Below are positions 54,754 to 63,057 of a DNA stretch of 63,057 nt, piece after piece. The first letter of the stretch is position 1. Each line of letters opens with the position of its first letter. This stretch comes from Mycobacterium sp. (GTDB lineage: Bacteria; Actinomycetota; Actinomycetes; Mycobacteriales; Mycobacteriaceae). Both the position numbers and the translations under genes were made by a program. The notes beneath the pieces are model-generated. The model ran no database searches. It was given only the letters and a program-made list of their open reading frames with translations, and was not told the origin of the DNA. The stretch lies in NCBI RefSeq assembly GCF_049585075.1, contig NZ_JBAUZA010000273.1, positions 1-63,057 of the forward strand, read 5' to 3'.

Positions 54754-54829
54754 CCCCACAGATTGGACCAAGCGGCGGTCGCGTCTCTACCGGTGGGCAA
54801 CTTAACACTGGGCCTTTGCGAATCGTCCA

Positions 54830-54888
54830 AACGACGCGAAAGTACGTGAAACGACGAGCGGATACGCGGCAGGTGTTGATCGCATCAA
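54830..54888. repeat. Orphan family-C arm lacking a core
   Basis: AACGACGCGAAAGTACG...GATACGC...GTGTTGATCGCATCAA with the same 43-bp offset as in arms 4 and 6. Confidence 0.8.
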
Positions 54889-55070
54889 GGCGGCTCGTGA
54901 CGTCCGCCCGTCGACGCTGCGGCCGCGCGAGCACCAGTTGAAGTTCAGCCAATTTTCGGCCCGCAAAGTCGCCTCAAGAATCATCCAAGGATTTACCAAG
55001 CGCTCTCTCGGAAGCTTGTCTCCACACGCCACTTCAGCGGTCGAGACAGACACCATGAGAGGACAACACC

Positions 55071-56072
55071 ATGCCGCACCGTTCACGCAGCCATTTGCGG
55101 CCCGTACGGGATGTCGTCGCGCCCTCTTTGCAATTCCGCACAATCCACGGCCACCGCCGGGCCTTCCGTATCGCCGGGTCCGGTCCAGTCATCCTCATGC
55201 TCCACGGCGTCGGCGACAACTCCACGACATGGGACACCGTGCACGCCAAGCTTGCGCAACGATTCACCGTGATCGCCCCCGACCTGCTGGGCCACGGTGA
55301 GTCCGACAAGCCCCGCGCCGACTACTCGTTGGCGGCATTCGCCAACGGGGTGCGCGACCTCCTCATCGCGCTCGGCATCGACCGCGTGACCCTCGTCGGG
55401 CATTCTCTTGGTGGCGGCATCGCAATGCAGTTCGCGTATCAGTACCCGCAGTTTGTCGAGCGCATCGTGCTGGTAAGCACTGGGGGCGTGACGAAAGACG
55501 TCAGCCTGGTGTTGCGGTTAGCGGCAATGCCGATGGGGGCCGAGGCGCTCTCGGTGCTGAGGGTACCCGGCGCGGTCCCCGCGTTGGAACTCGTCGGCCG
55601 CGTCGTCGAAAACGTCTTGGGCTCCACAAAATTCGGAAACGATGTTGCCAGCATGCCGCGTCTGCTCGGCGGATTGCGCAAACCCGGTGCCGTGGCTGCA
55701 TTCGCACGCACTCTGCGCGCGGTGGTCGACACGCGCGGCCAGTTCGTCACGATGCTGGACCGCACCTATCTGATACACGACCTTCCAGTACAAATCATTT
55801 GGGGCGCCGACGACCTGATCATCCCAGTGAGCCATGCTCGACTGGCCCATGAGCAAATCGCCGGTTCGCGCCTTGAGATCTTCGAGAAGTCCGGACATAC
55901 GCCCCACCGCGATCACCCGGGACGTTTCGTGGCGATCGTCGAGCAATTCATCGACTCGACCGAACCGCACGCCTACGACCCCGACCTGATCCATGCGGCG
56001 CTGCAGACCGGCATCCGTCAGCAAACCAACTACGAGCCGGATGACATCGCGTCGACTTTGCTTAACGCCTAG
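55071..56072 (+). CDS. Alpha/beta hydrolase
   Basis: LHGVGD, PDLLGHG, GHSLGG, GHTPH. Confidence 0.92.
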   Translation: MPHRSRSHLRPVRDVVAPSLQFRTIHGHRRAFRIAGSGPVILMLHGVGDNSTTWDTVHAKLAQRFTVIAPDLLGHGESDKPRADYSLAAFANGVRDLLIALGIDRVTLVGHSLGGGIAMQFAYQYPQFVERIVLVSTGGVTKDVSLVLRLAAMPMGAEALSVLRVPGAVPALELVGRVVENVLGSTKFGNDVASMPRLLGGLRKPGAVAAFARTLRAVVDTRGQFVTMLDRTYLIHDLPVQIIWGADDLIIPVSHARLAHEQIAGSRLEIFEKSGHTPHRDHPGRFVAIVEQFIDSTEPHAYDPDLIHAALQTGIRQQTNYEPDDIASTLLNA

Positions 56073-56191
56073 GTATTTCCGGCGTCGCTAGCCGTGGCGC
56101 TCAGTAAGCACGAATCAGCGACTGCTCAACCCCAAATAGCAGCGGACCTGCCGGCCGACACGTAAAGGACCGCTCTGACCTGCGGCCTTTG

Positions 56192-56326
56192 GTGGAGCTG
56201 CCGGGAATCGAACCCGCCCTAAAAATTGGCTTTACCTGTAGGAACGCGGGATTTGACTACGCGGAACGACGCGAAAGTACGCAAAACGACCTGCGGATAC
56301 GCCGACTGTGTTGATGACATCAACAC
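56192..56326 (-). repeat. ssrA 3'-end att core 4 plus family-C arm
   Basis: Core at 56192-56212 (extends to CCA and into the T-stem); palindrome GTGTTGATG-A-CATCAACAC at 56308-56326. Confidence 0.87.
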
Positions 56327-56447
56327 GCCCCGCGTAAAAGCATGGCGGTGATACCACTGTTCGCCGCGCCGACGCCGACAGGTGCGAAAGCGCGGCCCCG
56401 ACGAACTCAGAGAAGGTGCCGCCGCCTGGTAGTGGACCGGCAGATTC

Positions 56448-57341
56448 TCACTGCGGGTGGGTAGCCAAATAGTCGGTGACGGGGATCGGCGAGGTCGCCG
56501 CGTAACCGATGGGCAAAAGCACGTCACCAGCAATCGTGCGGTAGTAAATATCCCACCGGTAGTACCCGGCGAACCTAGCGACATCGGCGGCGAGCACTGC
56601 GGCGTAGTCGTTGACCGCCCGGACGTACCGGTCCCAGTTGTTGTATCGAAGCAGGGCGCGGTCGTGGTCGTCGGCGAAGCCATTGGCGGCGAGGTAGCGA
56701 CCGGCCGCCATAATGCTGTCGTGCGGTGAGAGGATGTCGCCGCCGCCGCCGTAGGCGGCGAACGTCGAGGGCAAAAACTGCATGGGGCCTTGCGCGCCGG
56801 CCGGGCTCACGCCGACGACGCGGCCCAGCCCGGTTTCGATTAAGTTGATCGCCGCAAGATAGTTCCAGCCGACGCCGGTCGCCGCCTGCGCTTCGCGGTA
56901 GTAGCGGAGCAGCTCGTCGGCCGGCACCGGCGGGTCGATTCGCCACGCGGGCAACGTGTCCTGCGGCAGGGTCGCGGCCGGTCCGAAGAATTGCCGTTGC
57001 GCGTCGACGTTGCGGTCGTAAATGTCGAGCAGCGACGGCGGGATCCGCGAGCGCGTGCTTGCGTCCCACTCGGGATGGCAACCAAGGGCGCGGTAGGCCG
57101 CTTGCTGGCGGTGCGCCGCCCCGGTTAGCAGTGCCTCCGACGACGTCGGGTCGCGCAGCGCCTGCTCGTCGGCAACGAGGTCGTCCGCCAGTTGCACGGG
57201 ATCGGATGCCAGCCGTCGCGGCGCGGGCGGGAGCGCGGTCTTCGCTGTGGGCGGCTTGGCGGTTGGTGTCGATGCGGTCGACGCGAGGGTCGACCCTGAG
57301 CAGGCGGCGAGCGCCAACGTCATCGTGACGAGCAGCGTCAT
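56448..57341 (-). CDS. Lytic transglycosylase (SLT) lipoprotein
   Basis: LAAC lipobox, AAINLIETG, GAQGPMQFLPSTF, YN. Confidence 0.88.
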   Translation of the reverse strand: MTLLVTMTLALAACSGSTLASTASTPTAKPPTAKTALPPAPRRLASDPVQLADDLVADEQALRDPTSSEALLTGAAHRQQAAYRALGCHPEWDASTRSRIPPSLLDIYDRNVDAQRQFFGPAATLPQDTLPAWRIDPPVPADELLRYYREAQAATGVGWNYLAAINLIETGLGRVVGVSPAGAQGPMQFLPSTFAAYGGGGDILSPHDSIMAAGRYLAANGFADDHDRALLRYNNWDRYVRAVNDYAAVLAADVARFAGYYRWDIYYRTIAGDVLLPIGYAATSPIPVTDYLATHPQ

Positions 57342-57635
57342 GCCGCAACGCATCACACGGTCATTCGGCAACCAAGAGCGCGTGAAGTTCGCCGCGCACA
57401 TCCCTTCTCCTTCTTCGCGATCCACTGTCTCTGCATTCACTAGCCTGGGTGCTGTTGCATCCACGCTCGGCGTCTCACAGAATCATGAATCGCGTCATCA
57501 GACAAACCTTTAGCCCAGCCGAATTTAGCTCGTTGTTTCGGCGTCAGGGGCGTTGGACGCTCCACTCGACGAAGAGTCCAGCGCACGCCGCGCCGCAGCT
57601 GAACTCACCCGCCTGCTCAGCTGCGGCCTTTCGTG

Positions 57636-57760
57636 GTGGAGCTGCCGGGAATCGAAGACGCATATAATGCGGTTGACCTGCGCAGATAGTTTACGGATCA
57701 GCACGGTGCGACACGGCAAAAGAAGAGTCAACAGGGGTTTGTGCTGACCACCGTCAGCAC
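57636..57760 (-). repeat. ssrA 3'-end att core 5 plus family-B arm
   Basis: Core at 57636-57656; palindrome GTGCTGAC-CACC-GTCAGCAC at 57741-57760. Confidence 0.87.
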
Positions 57761-57927
57761 GCGCGGCCACTAGGGGCACGCAGCAGCGCCGTGGATCTAG
57801 GTTGCTTTGCGCACCCTGGGATGCAGGCCTCGATTGGTCAGAACAGATTGGGGACGTCAGACCACAATGCGCTGAGATCGGTCAGCCCGCCGGAGCCACC
57901 GAATTCAAGACCCGCCGACGTTCCGCT

Positions 57928-58506
57928 TCAGGTCGGGATATCGATAATGGGCACGAAGATGCCGGGGAAGCCGAGCTCATCCACTATGCCCGCCGGCCCG
58001 CTTGAGAAGTAATTGGCGACGTCGAGTAGTACGAATAGGTCCGCTGACGTTCCGTCTGGGCTACTCATAGACATGTTCTCAAAGAAATCAAATTGGGGGA
58101 AAAGCAGGCCCAGACCGGTGGCGTCCCACTCCGTTCCAACAGCGGGGGCCGCGCCAGTACTGTCGGTGACCACATTCGATTCGTCGACGAGGCCGATCTC
58201 CGGTAGTAGACCGGCTATTTGGCCGGTCTGGTGGATGTCATAGGTCCCGACCACATTGTGGCCCTGGTCGAAAACGGTGTACGGGATGTTCTCCGTATGA
58301 AAGGTGTATAGGTACGGAATCGAGGATACTTGGGTATCCGTCGGGAAGCCCTCATCGCCGGGCGGAATGAAGACATCAAATGGGTTCACTGGGGGCACCG
58401 GGGGTGGGTCCGCGTAAGCCGTCGGGCTGCTGATTAGCGCGGCACCTATAACTGCACCGGCAGCCGCGCCGACGAGTGCCATTCCACCTATACGACGATG
58501 AATCAT
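57928..58506 (-). CDS. Secreted hypothetical protein
   Basis: Signal peptide ending TAYA-DPPP, acidic mature domain, GGAGG RBS. Confidence 0.75.
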   Translation of the reverse strand: MIHRRIGGMALVGAAAGAVIGAALISSPTAYADPPPVPPVNPFDVFIPPGDEGFPTDTQVSSIPYLYTFHTENIPYTVFDQGHNVVGTYDIHQTGQIAGLLPEIGLVDESNVVTDSTGAAPAVGTEWDATGLGLLFPQFDFFENMSMSSPDGTSADLFVLLDVANYFSSGPAGIVDELGFPGIFVPIIDIPT

Positions 58507-58749
58507 GTCAGTCCCCTCCGGACTAGCCCCCTGAATACGTGCGGCGTTGTCATGTTGTCTCTCACTGCTTTAGAACGCCGCAGCACCAGACTAACTGAGG
58601 AAAAGCTGAAAGCAAGGGAAAAGGAACATAAGAGACTGTGCGTCTCGCAACGTCAGCAGTTGATTACCAGGCTGTCCAAATCCGAAGCGCAGCACAGCCA
58701 TCCGTTTGCTGCGCGATTCTCGAAGTGAGCGTGCGTCAGCAAATTATTG

Positions 58750-58883
58750 GTGGAGCTGCCGGGAATCGAACCAGGCGCATAAGTTTCGCTGAGCTGGGCA
58801 AATGCGGAATTAGAGTACGCGAAACGACGCGAAAGTACGTGAATCGACCTGCCGATACGCTGAAGGTGTTGATGGCATCAACA
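58750..58883 (-). repeat. ssrA 3'-end att core 6 plus family-C arm
   Basis: Core at 58750-58770; palindrome TGTTGATG-G-CATCAACA at 58867-58883. Confidence 0.87.
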
Positions 58884-59029
58884 TGGAAGCGCCCTCAAAG
58901 GCACCGCCCCCGCGTAGCGCTTGCAGCGCAGGGCTCGAGCGACTTTGAAAGCCGGAGTCGAGACCGGTACGGAAATTGCGTTGGCCCTCGGGGGCAATCG
59001 CGTCCACCGGACCGATAACTCTGGACGCC

Positions 59030-59185
59030 CGAGCGAGTCCGGTATGAATAGGTTCGGCGTTGAAAGCGCGGCGATAGAAGTTCAGTGCCGCCCGATGGTC
59101 GGCGGCTGCGACGCTGTAGTGGCTGATGCCTGCTAACCCGAGTGCATGTTCGCTGAGCCAGTGCTGCGCAGGCTTGAGCGGTTCG
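59030..59185 (-). pseudogene. VOC/glyoxalase-like fragment
   Basis: WLSEHALGLAGISHYSVAAADHRAALNFYRRAFNAE with no plausible start or remainder. Confidence 0.45.
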
Positions 59186-59249
59186 AGGCAGGCAGGGAAT
59201 TTGACGAACCCACGTCGGCGTTCCTTCGCGAGTGGGCACGCGCCGACGT

Positions 59250-60422
59250 TCAGATTGCACCCGTCGAACGAAGGCGCTCCATTCCGGCCGGGTCGTAGCC
59301 TGCCAGGGCGCCGAGTAACTCTTCCGTATGCTGCCCAACGTGCGGCGCTGCTGACGGTGCAAATCCTTCGTCGGGTTTGGTCTTGATGCACGTTCCAATC
59401 AATCGCTGCGACGTCCCGTCCGGCTGAGCCTGCTCGTAGACGAGTCGGCGCGCCTTCGCGTGGTCGTCGTCGAAGAGGTCTGCTCCCAAAAATGCTGGTG
59501 CTCCTGCGATATCGGTTTCAATGAAGAAGTCAGTCCATTCCTTACGGGTGCGGCTCGAGAAAATTTCGGTTAATTCCTCGCGCAGCCGGGCCTCTGCCTC
59601 GAGGTCCTTCCCCGGCTGTTGGCGCCCCGGTTCGAAAAGATCCATCCTGTCGAGAGACTCGCAAAATCTCAGCCAGAACTTGTCCTCTAACGCGTTGAAC
59701 ACCACATAGTTACGATCGCGAGTTCGGTAGTACTGGTAGCGAAGCGATGCGCGGATTGCCTCACCGTAGGAGGGTTGGCCGTTTGCTAACGCTGTGAGGT
59801 GTTGAAAGTTCCAGTTGATCGCAGCATCGACCTGCGCTACTTCGACGTACTGCGGCTTGCCGTCGCGTCCGGCGGCGTGTAGCGCGGCGAGTACGCCCAT
59901 CGCTGCGTACAGCGGTCCCGCCAGAACACCTGTCGTCCCTGTCGCCGCCCCCGAAAGGCGTGGCGTTCCATCCGCATCGATGATCGGCGGGCTTAAGCCG
60001 GCGAAACAATCGAAGGAAAGCCCGTGTGTGGCTAATCGGGTGTAGGGCCCATAGCTGCCCATGCCGTTGAGCACGCAGTACACGACTGTCGGGTTGACTG
60101 CGACGATGTCGTCGTAGCTGAAGCCGAGCCGGTGCGCGGTTCCGTAGCGTAGTCCGTCGATCACCACCGCCGATGTCGCGGCCAGGCGGCGAAACGCCTC
60201 TTGCCCGTCAGGCGTTTTCAGGTTTATCGCCACACTCTTTTTGCCGCGATTCCAGTGCGAGTCTTGCAGTTCGCCGCCGGAAACCGCCGCACCGCGGAAA
60301 CCGCCGCCGCCAGGCGGCTCCACCTTGATCACCTCTGCGCCGAGGTCAGCCAGATGCCCGCCCAGCGCATCCGCCGAGAACAGTGACACTTCAAGGACGC
60401 GGACGTCCTTCAGAGGTTCCAT
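59250..60422 (-). CDS. CaiB/BaiF family III CoA transferase
   Basis: LADLGAEVIKVEPP, NRGKKSV, APHVGQHT. Confidence 0.92.
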   Translation of the reverse strand: MEPLKDVRVLEVSLFSADALGGHLADLGAEVIKVEPPGGGGFRGAAVSGGELQDSHWNRGKKSVAINLKTPDGQEAFRRLAATSAVVIDGLRYGTAHRLGFSYDDIVAVNPTVVYCVLNGMGSYGPYTRLATHGLSFDCFAGLSPPIIDADGTPRLSGAATGTTGVLAGPLYAAMGVLAALHAAGRDGKPQYVEVAQVDAAINWNFQHLTALANGQPSYGEAIRASLRYQYYRTRDRNYVVFNALEDKFWLRFCESLDRMDLFEPGRQQPGKDLEAEARLREELTEIFSSRTRKEWTDFFIETDIAGAPAFLGADLFDDDHAKARRLVYEQAQPDGTSQRLIGTCIKTKPDEGFAPSAAPHVGQHTEELLGALAGYDPAGMERLRSTGAI

Positions 60423-60490
60423 AACGCGACCTTTCCAGCAGGGAGTCCGTACGCGGACCCACGCCGCGTCGTCGAAGGCGCAGTGCTCCG

Positions 60491-62014
60491 CTACATCATC
60501 GTGATTGATTTCAGCTCGGTGTATTCCTCGAAGCCCCAGCGCCCCTGCTCTCGGCCAAGTCCGCTTTGCTTGAAGCCGCCGAACGGCCCCCCGCCGTTGA
60601 ACATGCCGCGCGCCGGCAAAGACCAGCCGGGGCCCTGCCCGCCACCCGGATTGGTTCCTAGATCGACACCGGGTGCGACAGTCTGCACCATCATGGTGCC
60701 GGTTCGGATCTGCCTGGCGACGTTGAATCCCCTTGCGGAATTGCGGGTCATCACCAGACCCGCCAGACCGTAGATGGAGTCGTTCGCGACGCGGATGGCT
60801 TCGTCTTCGGAGCTGTAGGTCATCACTGCCAGTACAGGCCCGAACACCTCTTCCTGGCATAAGCGCATGTCGCTGCGGCAGTCGACGAATGCCGTCGGTT
60901 CGTAGTAGAAGCCTCGTTGAAGGTGTTCGGGACGTTTGCCGCCGACCACCAGCCGCGCGCCTTCCTGCAGGCCCGACTGAACGAAGGATTCAACTCTCTG
61001 ACGCTGCTGATCCCTGATCAGTGGACCGACGACAGTGGCGGGATCACGCGGATCCCCGACCGTGATCATCGGAGCCATGGCTCTGACGCCCTCGACATAC
61101 GCTTCGAGCAGGAACTCGGGCAACAGAAGTCGTGACGTGACCGTGCATGCCTGTCCGGCATGCATCAGCACCTGCCCGAATCCTATTCCCGCAACCTCAC
61201 TTTCGTCGACATCGTCGAGAACAATATGCGCGCGCTTGCCGCCGAGTTCCAGCTGTGTGCGTTTCATCGTTGCCGCCGAAAGCTCGCGGATGCGTCGACC
61301 GGTCGCCGTCGAACCGGTGAACCCGATCATGTCGACGCCTCTGTGCGTACACAGCTCCTCTCCCACGTCGGCACCGCCCACGACCACGTTGAACACTCCC
61401 GGCGGGAGGCCCGCTTCCTCGCCAACCTTGGCCAGCTCCAGGGCGTTCATCGGAGTCCATGGGTGGGGCTTCAGTACCACAGTGCAGCCGACGGCCAACG
61501 CTGCCAAGCACTTCTGAATGTTGATCGAGAAAGGAAAGTTGAATGGAGTGATGACGCCGACCACCCCGACCGGTTCACGAACCACCGTCACGCCGCCCAA
61601 GCCAGTCGGCGAAACTATAGGCCCGCCCGGTGTCTCCACCCACGTCACATCGTGTTCGACGAAATCGCCGTAGTAGTGGGCCGCCTCGATGGCGCCGCCA
61701 ACCTGAATCAGGTCCGTGATGAAGCCGGTCGAGCCGATCTCGGCGACGACTAGCTCCCGAAGCTCCGCTTTACGCTCATCGAGGATCTCAGCGAATCGCT
61801 TGATGATCTTCGCCCGCTCCCGGACGGACACCCACGGCCACGGGCCTTCGTCGAAAGCTCGCCGGGCAGCCTCGATCGCCATTGCCGCCTGCTTTGGTCC
61901 ACCGTCGACGACTCGGCCGATCAACTCTTCATTGGACGGATCGATAACATCGATGGTGCCGAGGGCGTTGTCGCTCAACCACTTACCGTCGATGAAGCTC
62001 TGGTACTCACGCAT
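60491..62014 (-). CDS. Aldehyde dehydrogenase
   Basis: TPFNFP, ELGGK, GQAC, EEVFGPV, GGFKQSG. Confidence 0.93.
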   Translation of the reverse strand: MREYQSFIDGKWLSDNALGTIDVIDPSNEELIGRVVDGGPKQAAMAIEAARRAFDEGPWPWVSVRERAKIIKRFAEILDERKAELRELVVAEIGSTGFITDLIQVGGAIEAAHYYGDFVEHDVTWVETPGGPIVSPTGLGGVTVVREPVGVVGVITPFNFPFSINIQKCLAALAVGCTVVLKPHPWTPMNALELAKVGEEAGLPPGVFNVVVGGADVGEELCTHRGVDMIGFTGSTATGRRIRELSAATMKRTQLELGGKRAHIVLDDVDESEVAGIGFGQVLMHAGQACTVTSRLLLPEFLLEAYVEGVRAMAPMITVGDPRDPATVVGPLIRDQQRQRVESFVQSGLQEGARLVVGGKRPEHLQRGFYYEPTAFVDCRSDMRLCQEEVFGPVLAVMTYSSEDEAIRVANDSIYGLAGLVMTRNSARGFNVARQIRTGTMMVQTVAPGVDLGTNPGGGQGPGWSLPARGMFNGGGPFGGFKQSGLGREQGRWGFEEYTELKSITMM

Positions 62015-62037
62015 CAAACGAATCCATCAGCTGCAGA

Positions 62038-63057
62038 CTACGCCTGGGTCGGATACGCGGCGGGCTCAAAGTCGAAGACCCGGCGAGCATTACCCTGCAG
62101 CACTTTGTACTTGTCGAGGTCGGACCGGCCGTCGAGTGCCTTGTGAGCGGCCTGAAGGGAGTTGGGCCACAGGCTGTCGGTGTGCGGATAATCCGTTTCA
62201 ATCATCACATTGTCGACGCCGATGGAGTCGAGGTTAGCCGCCCCGAAGTCATCCTCAATGAAGCAGCCGTACATGTGGTCGCGGAAGAGCTGGCGCGGTG
62301 AATCCGGAAAGATCTCGGGGTCGGTGGGCACCGGGGTCAAGCGCATTGTGGCCGGATCAACCGCCCAGTTGTTGGCGCGCAGGTACTGATAGTCGGTGGC
62401 GACATGTTCTGCACGCTCGATGAGGTAGGGGATCCAGCCGATGCCGCCCTCGGCCAGCACGATCTTCAGGTCGGGGTACTTCTGCAGCTTGCCCGAGAAC
62501 AACCAATCCGTGGTTGAGTTCGCGAGATTGAGGTTGATGTTGACCGCCTGAACCCCGAAAGGTGCGTCAGGCGACGTAGTGGGACTAACCGAAGACGAGC
62601 CGATGTGCGTGCACAGCGGCATCTTCGTCTCGTTCACCACCGCGAAGAAGTCGTCCCATGCCCCCGAGTGGATGGACGGAAATCCCAACGGGTGCAGGTT
62701 CTCCGAGAAGGCAATGGCTTTGGCGCCCTTGCCGGCGCACCGTAGCGTCTCCTCAACGGCCAAACGGGTATCCCACAACGGAATGATGACCATGGGGATG
62801 TAGCGACCGGGCGCCGCCGCGCACCACTCATCGATGACGAAGTCGTTGTACGCCCGCACGCATTTAAGACCCAGGTCGCGGTCACCGAGGTGGGCGAACA
62901 TCTGACCACAGAACCGGGGGAAGAACGGAAAGTTCAGTCCCGCGATCACATGATCCTCGTCCATGTCAGGGATGCGAGCCACCGGGTCGAAGTATGCGCG
63001 GGGCATATCGTCGTAATTCACTGGCAGCGGGGAATACTCGGCTGGCCTCTGGTGAGC
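62038..63057 (-). CDS. Amidohydrolase_2 family protein (5'-truncated by window edge)
   Basis: AYND..IDEWC, HIGS, EGGIGW, ETDYPH; frame open to the window end. Confidence 0.9.
   Translation of the reverse strand, partial: AHQRPAEYSPLPVNYDDMPRAYFDPVARIPDMDEDHVIAGLNFPFFPRFCGQMFAHLGDRDLGLKCVRAYNDFVIDEWCAAAPGRYIPMVIIPLWDTRLAVEETLRCAGKGAKAIAFSENLHPLGFPSIHSGAWDDFFAVVNETKMPLCTHIGSSSVSPTTSPDAPFGVQAVNINLNLANSTTDWLFSGKLQKYPDLKIVLAEGGIGWIPYLIERAEHVATDYQYLRANNWAVDPATMRLTPVPTDPEIFPDSPRQLFRDHMYGCFIEDDFGAANLDSIGVDNVMIETDYPHTDSLWPNSLQAAHKALDGRSDLDKYKVLQGNARRVFDFEPAAYPTQA

Noticed and set aside
49973..58770. CRISPR array interpretation of the six identical 21-mers
   Set aside because: Spacing is 0.6-3.4 kb and irregular, whole genes lie between copies, there are no cas genes, and the repeat matches an RNA gene 3' end.
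49973..58770. Functional tRNA or tmRNA genes at the repeats
   Set aside because: Only the T-loop and acceptor 3' strand are present; the sequence diverges within a few bases past TTCGA.
59250..60860. 536-aa version of the CoA transferase
   Set aside because: The extension overlaps the aldehyde dehydrogenase in another frame; the family N-terminus starts at 60422.

Overview
High-GC mycobacterial chromosomal segment. The left part is syntenic with the tRNA-Ala(GGC)-pgmA-crcB-crcB-DUF190-DUF488 region of M. tuberculosis, with a decayed IS3/pseudogene patch beyond the tRNA 3' end. The middle holds accessory catabolic clusters (LLM/F420 enzymes, mycofactocin-type SDRs, sulfotransferase plus alkyl sulfatase, Rieske oxygenase, acyl-CoA dehydrogenases), two PE-PPE-domain hydrolases, two WS/DGATs and a WXG100 polymorphic toxin-immunity module. 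The standout feature is at 49.9-58.9 kb: six identical, co-oriented copies of a 21-bp core matching the tmRNA (ssrA) 3' end. Each core has a degenerate hairpin on its left and a ~90-115-bp arm on its right, and the arms fall into three sequence families. The cores separate 0.6-3.4-kb units carrying only 1-2 genes each, and no integrase is visible in the window. This looks like an integron-like array of non-autonomous gene cassettes stacked at ssrA, with the intact ssrA predicted just beyond the right edge. All calls come from reading motifs by eye; no database searches were run.
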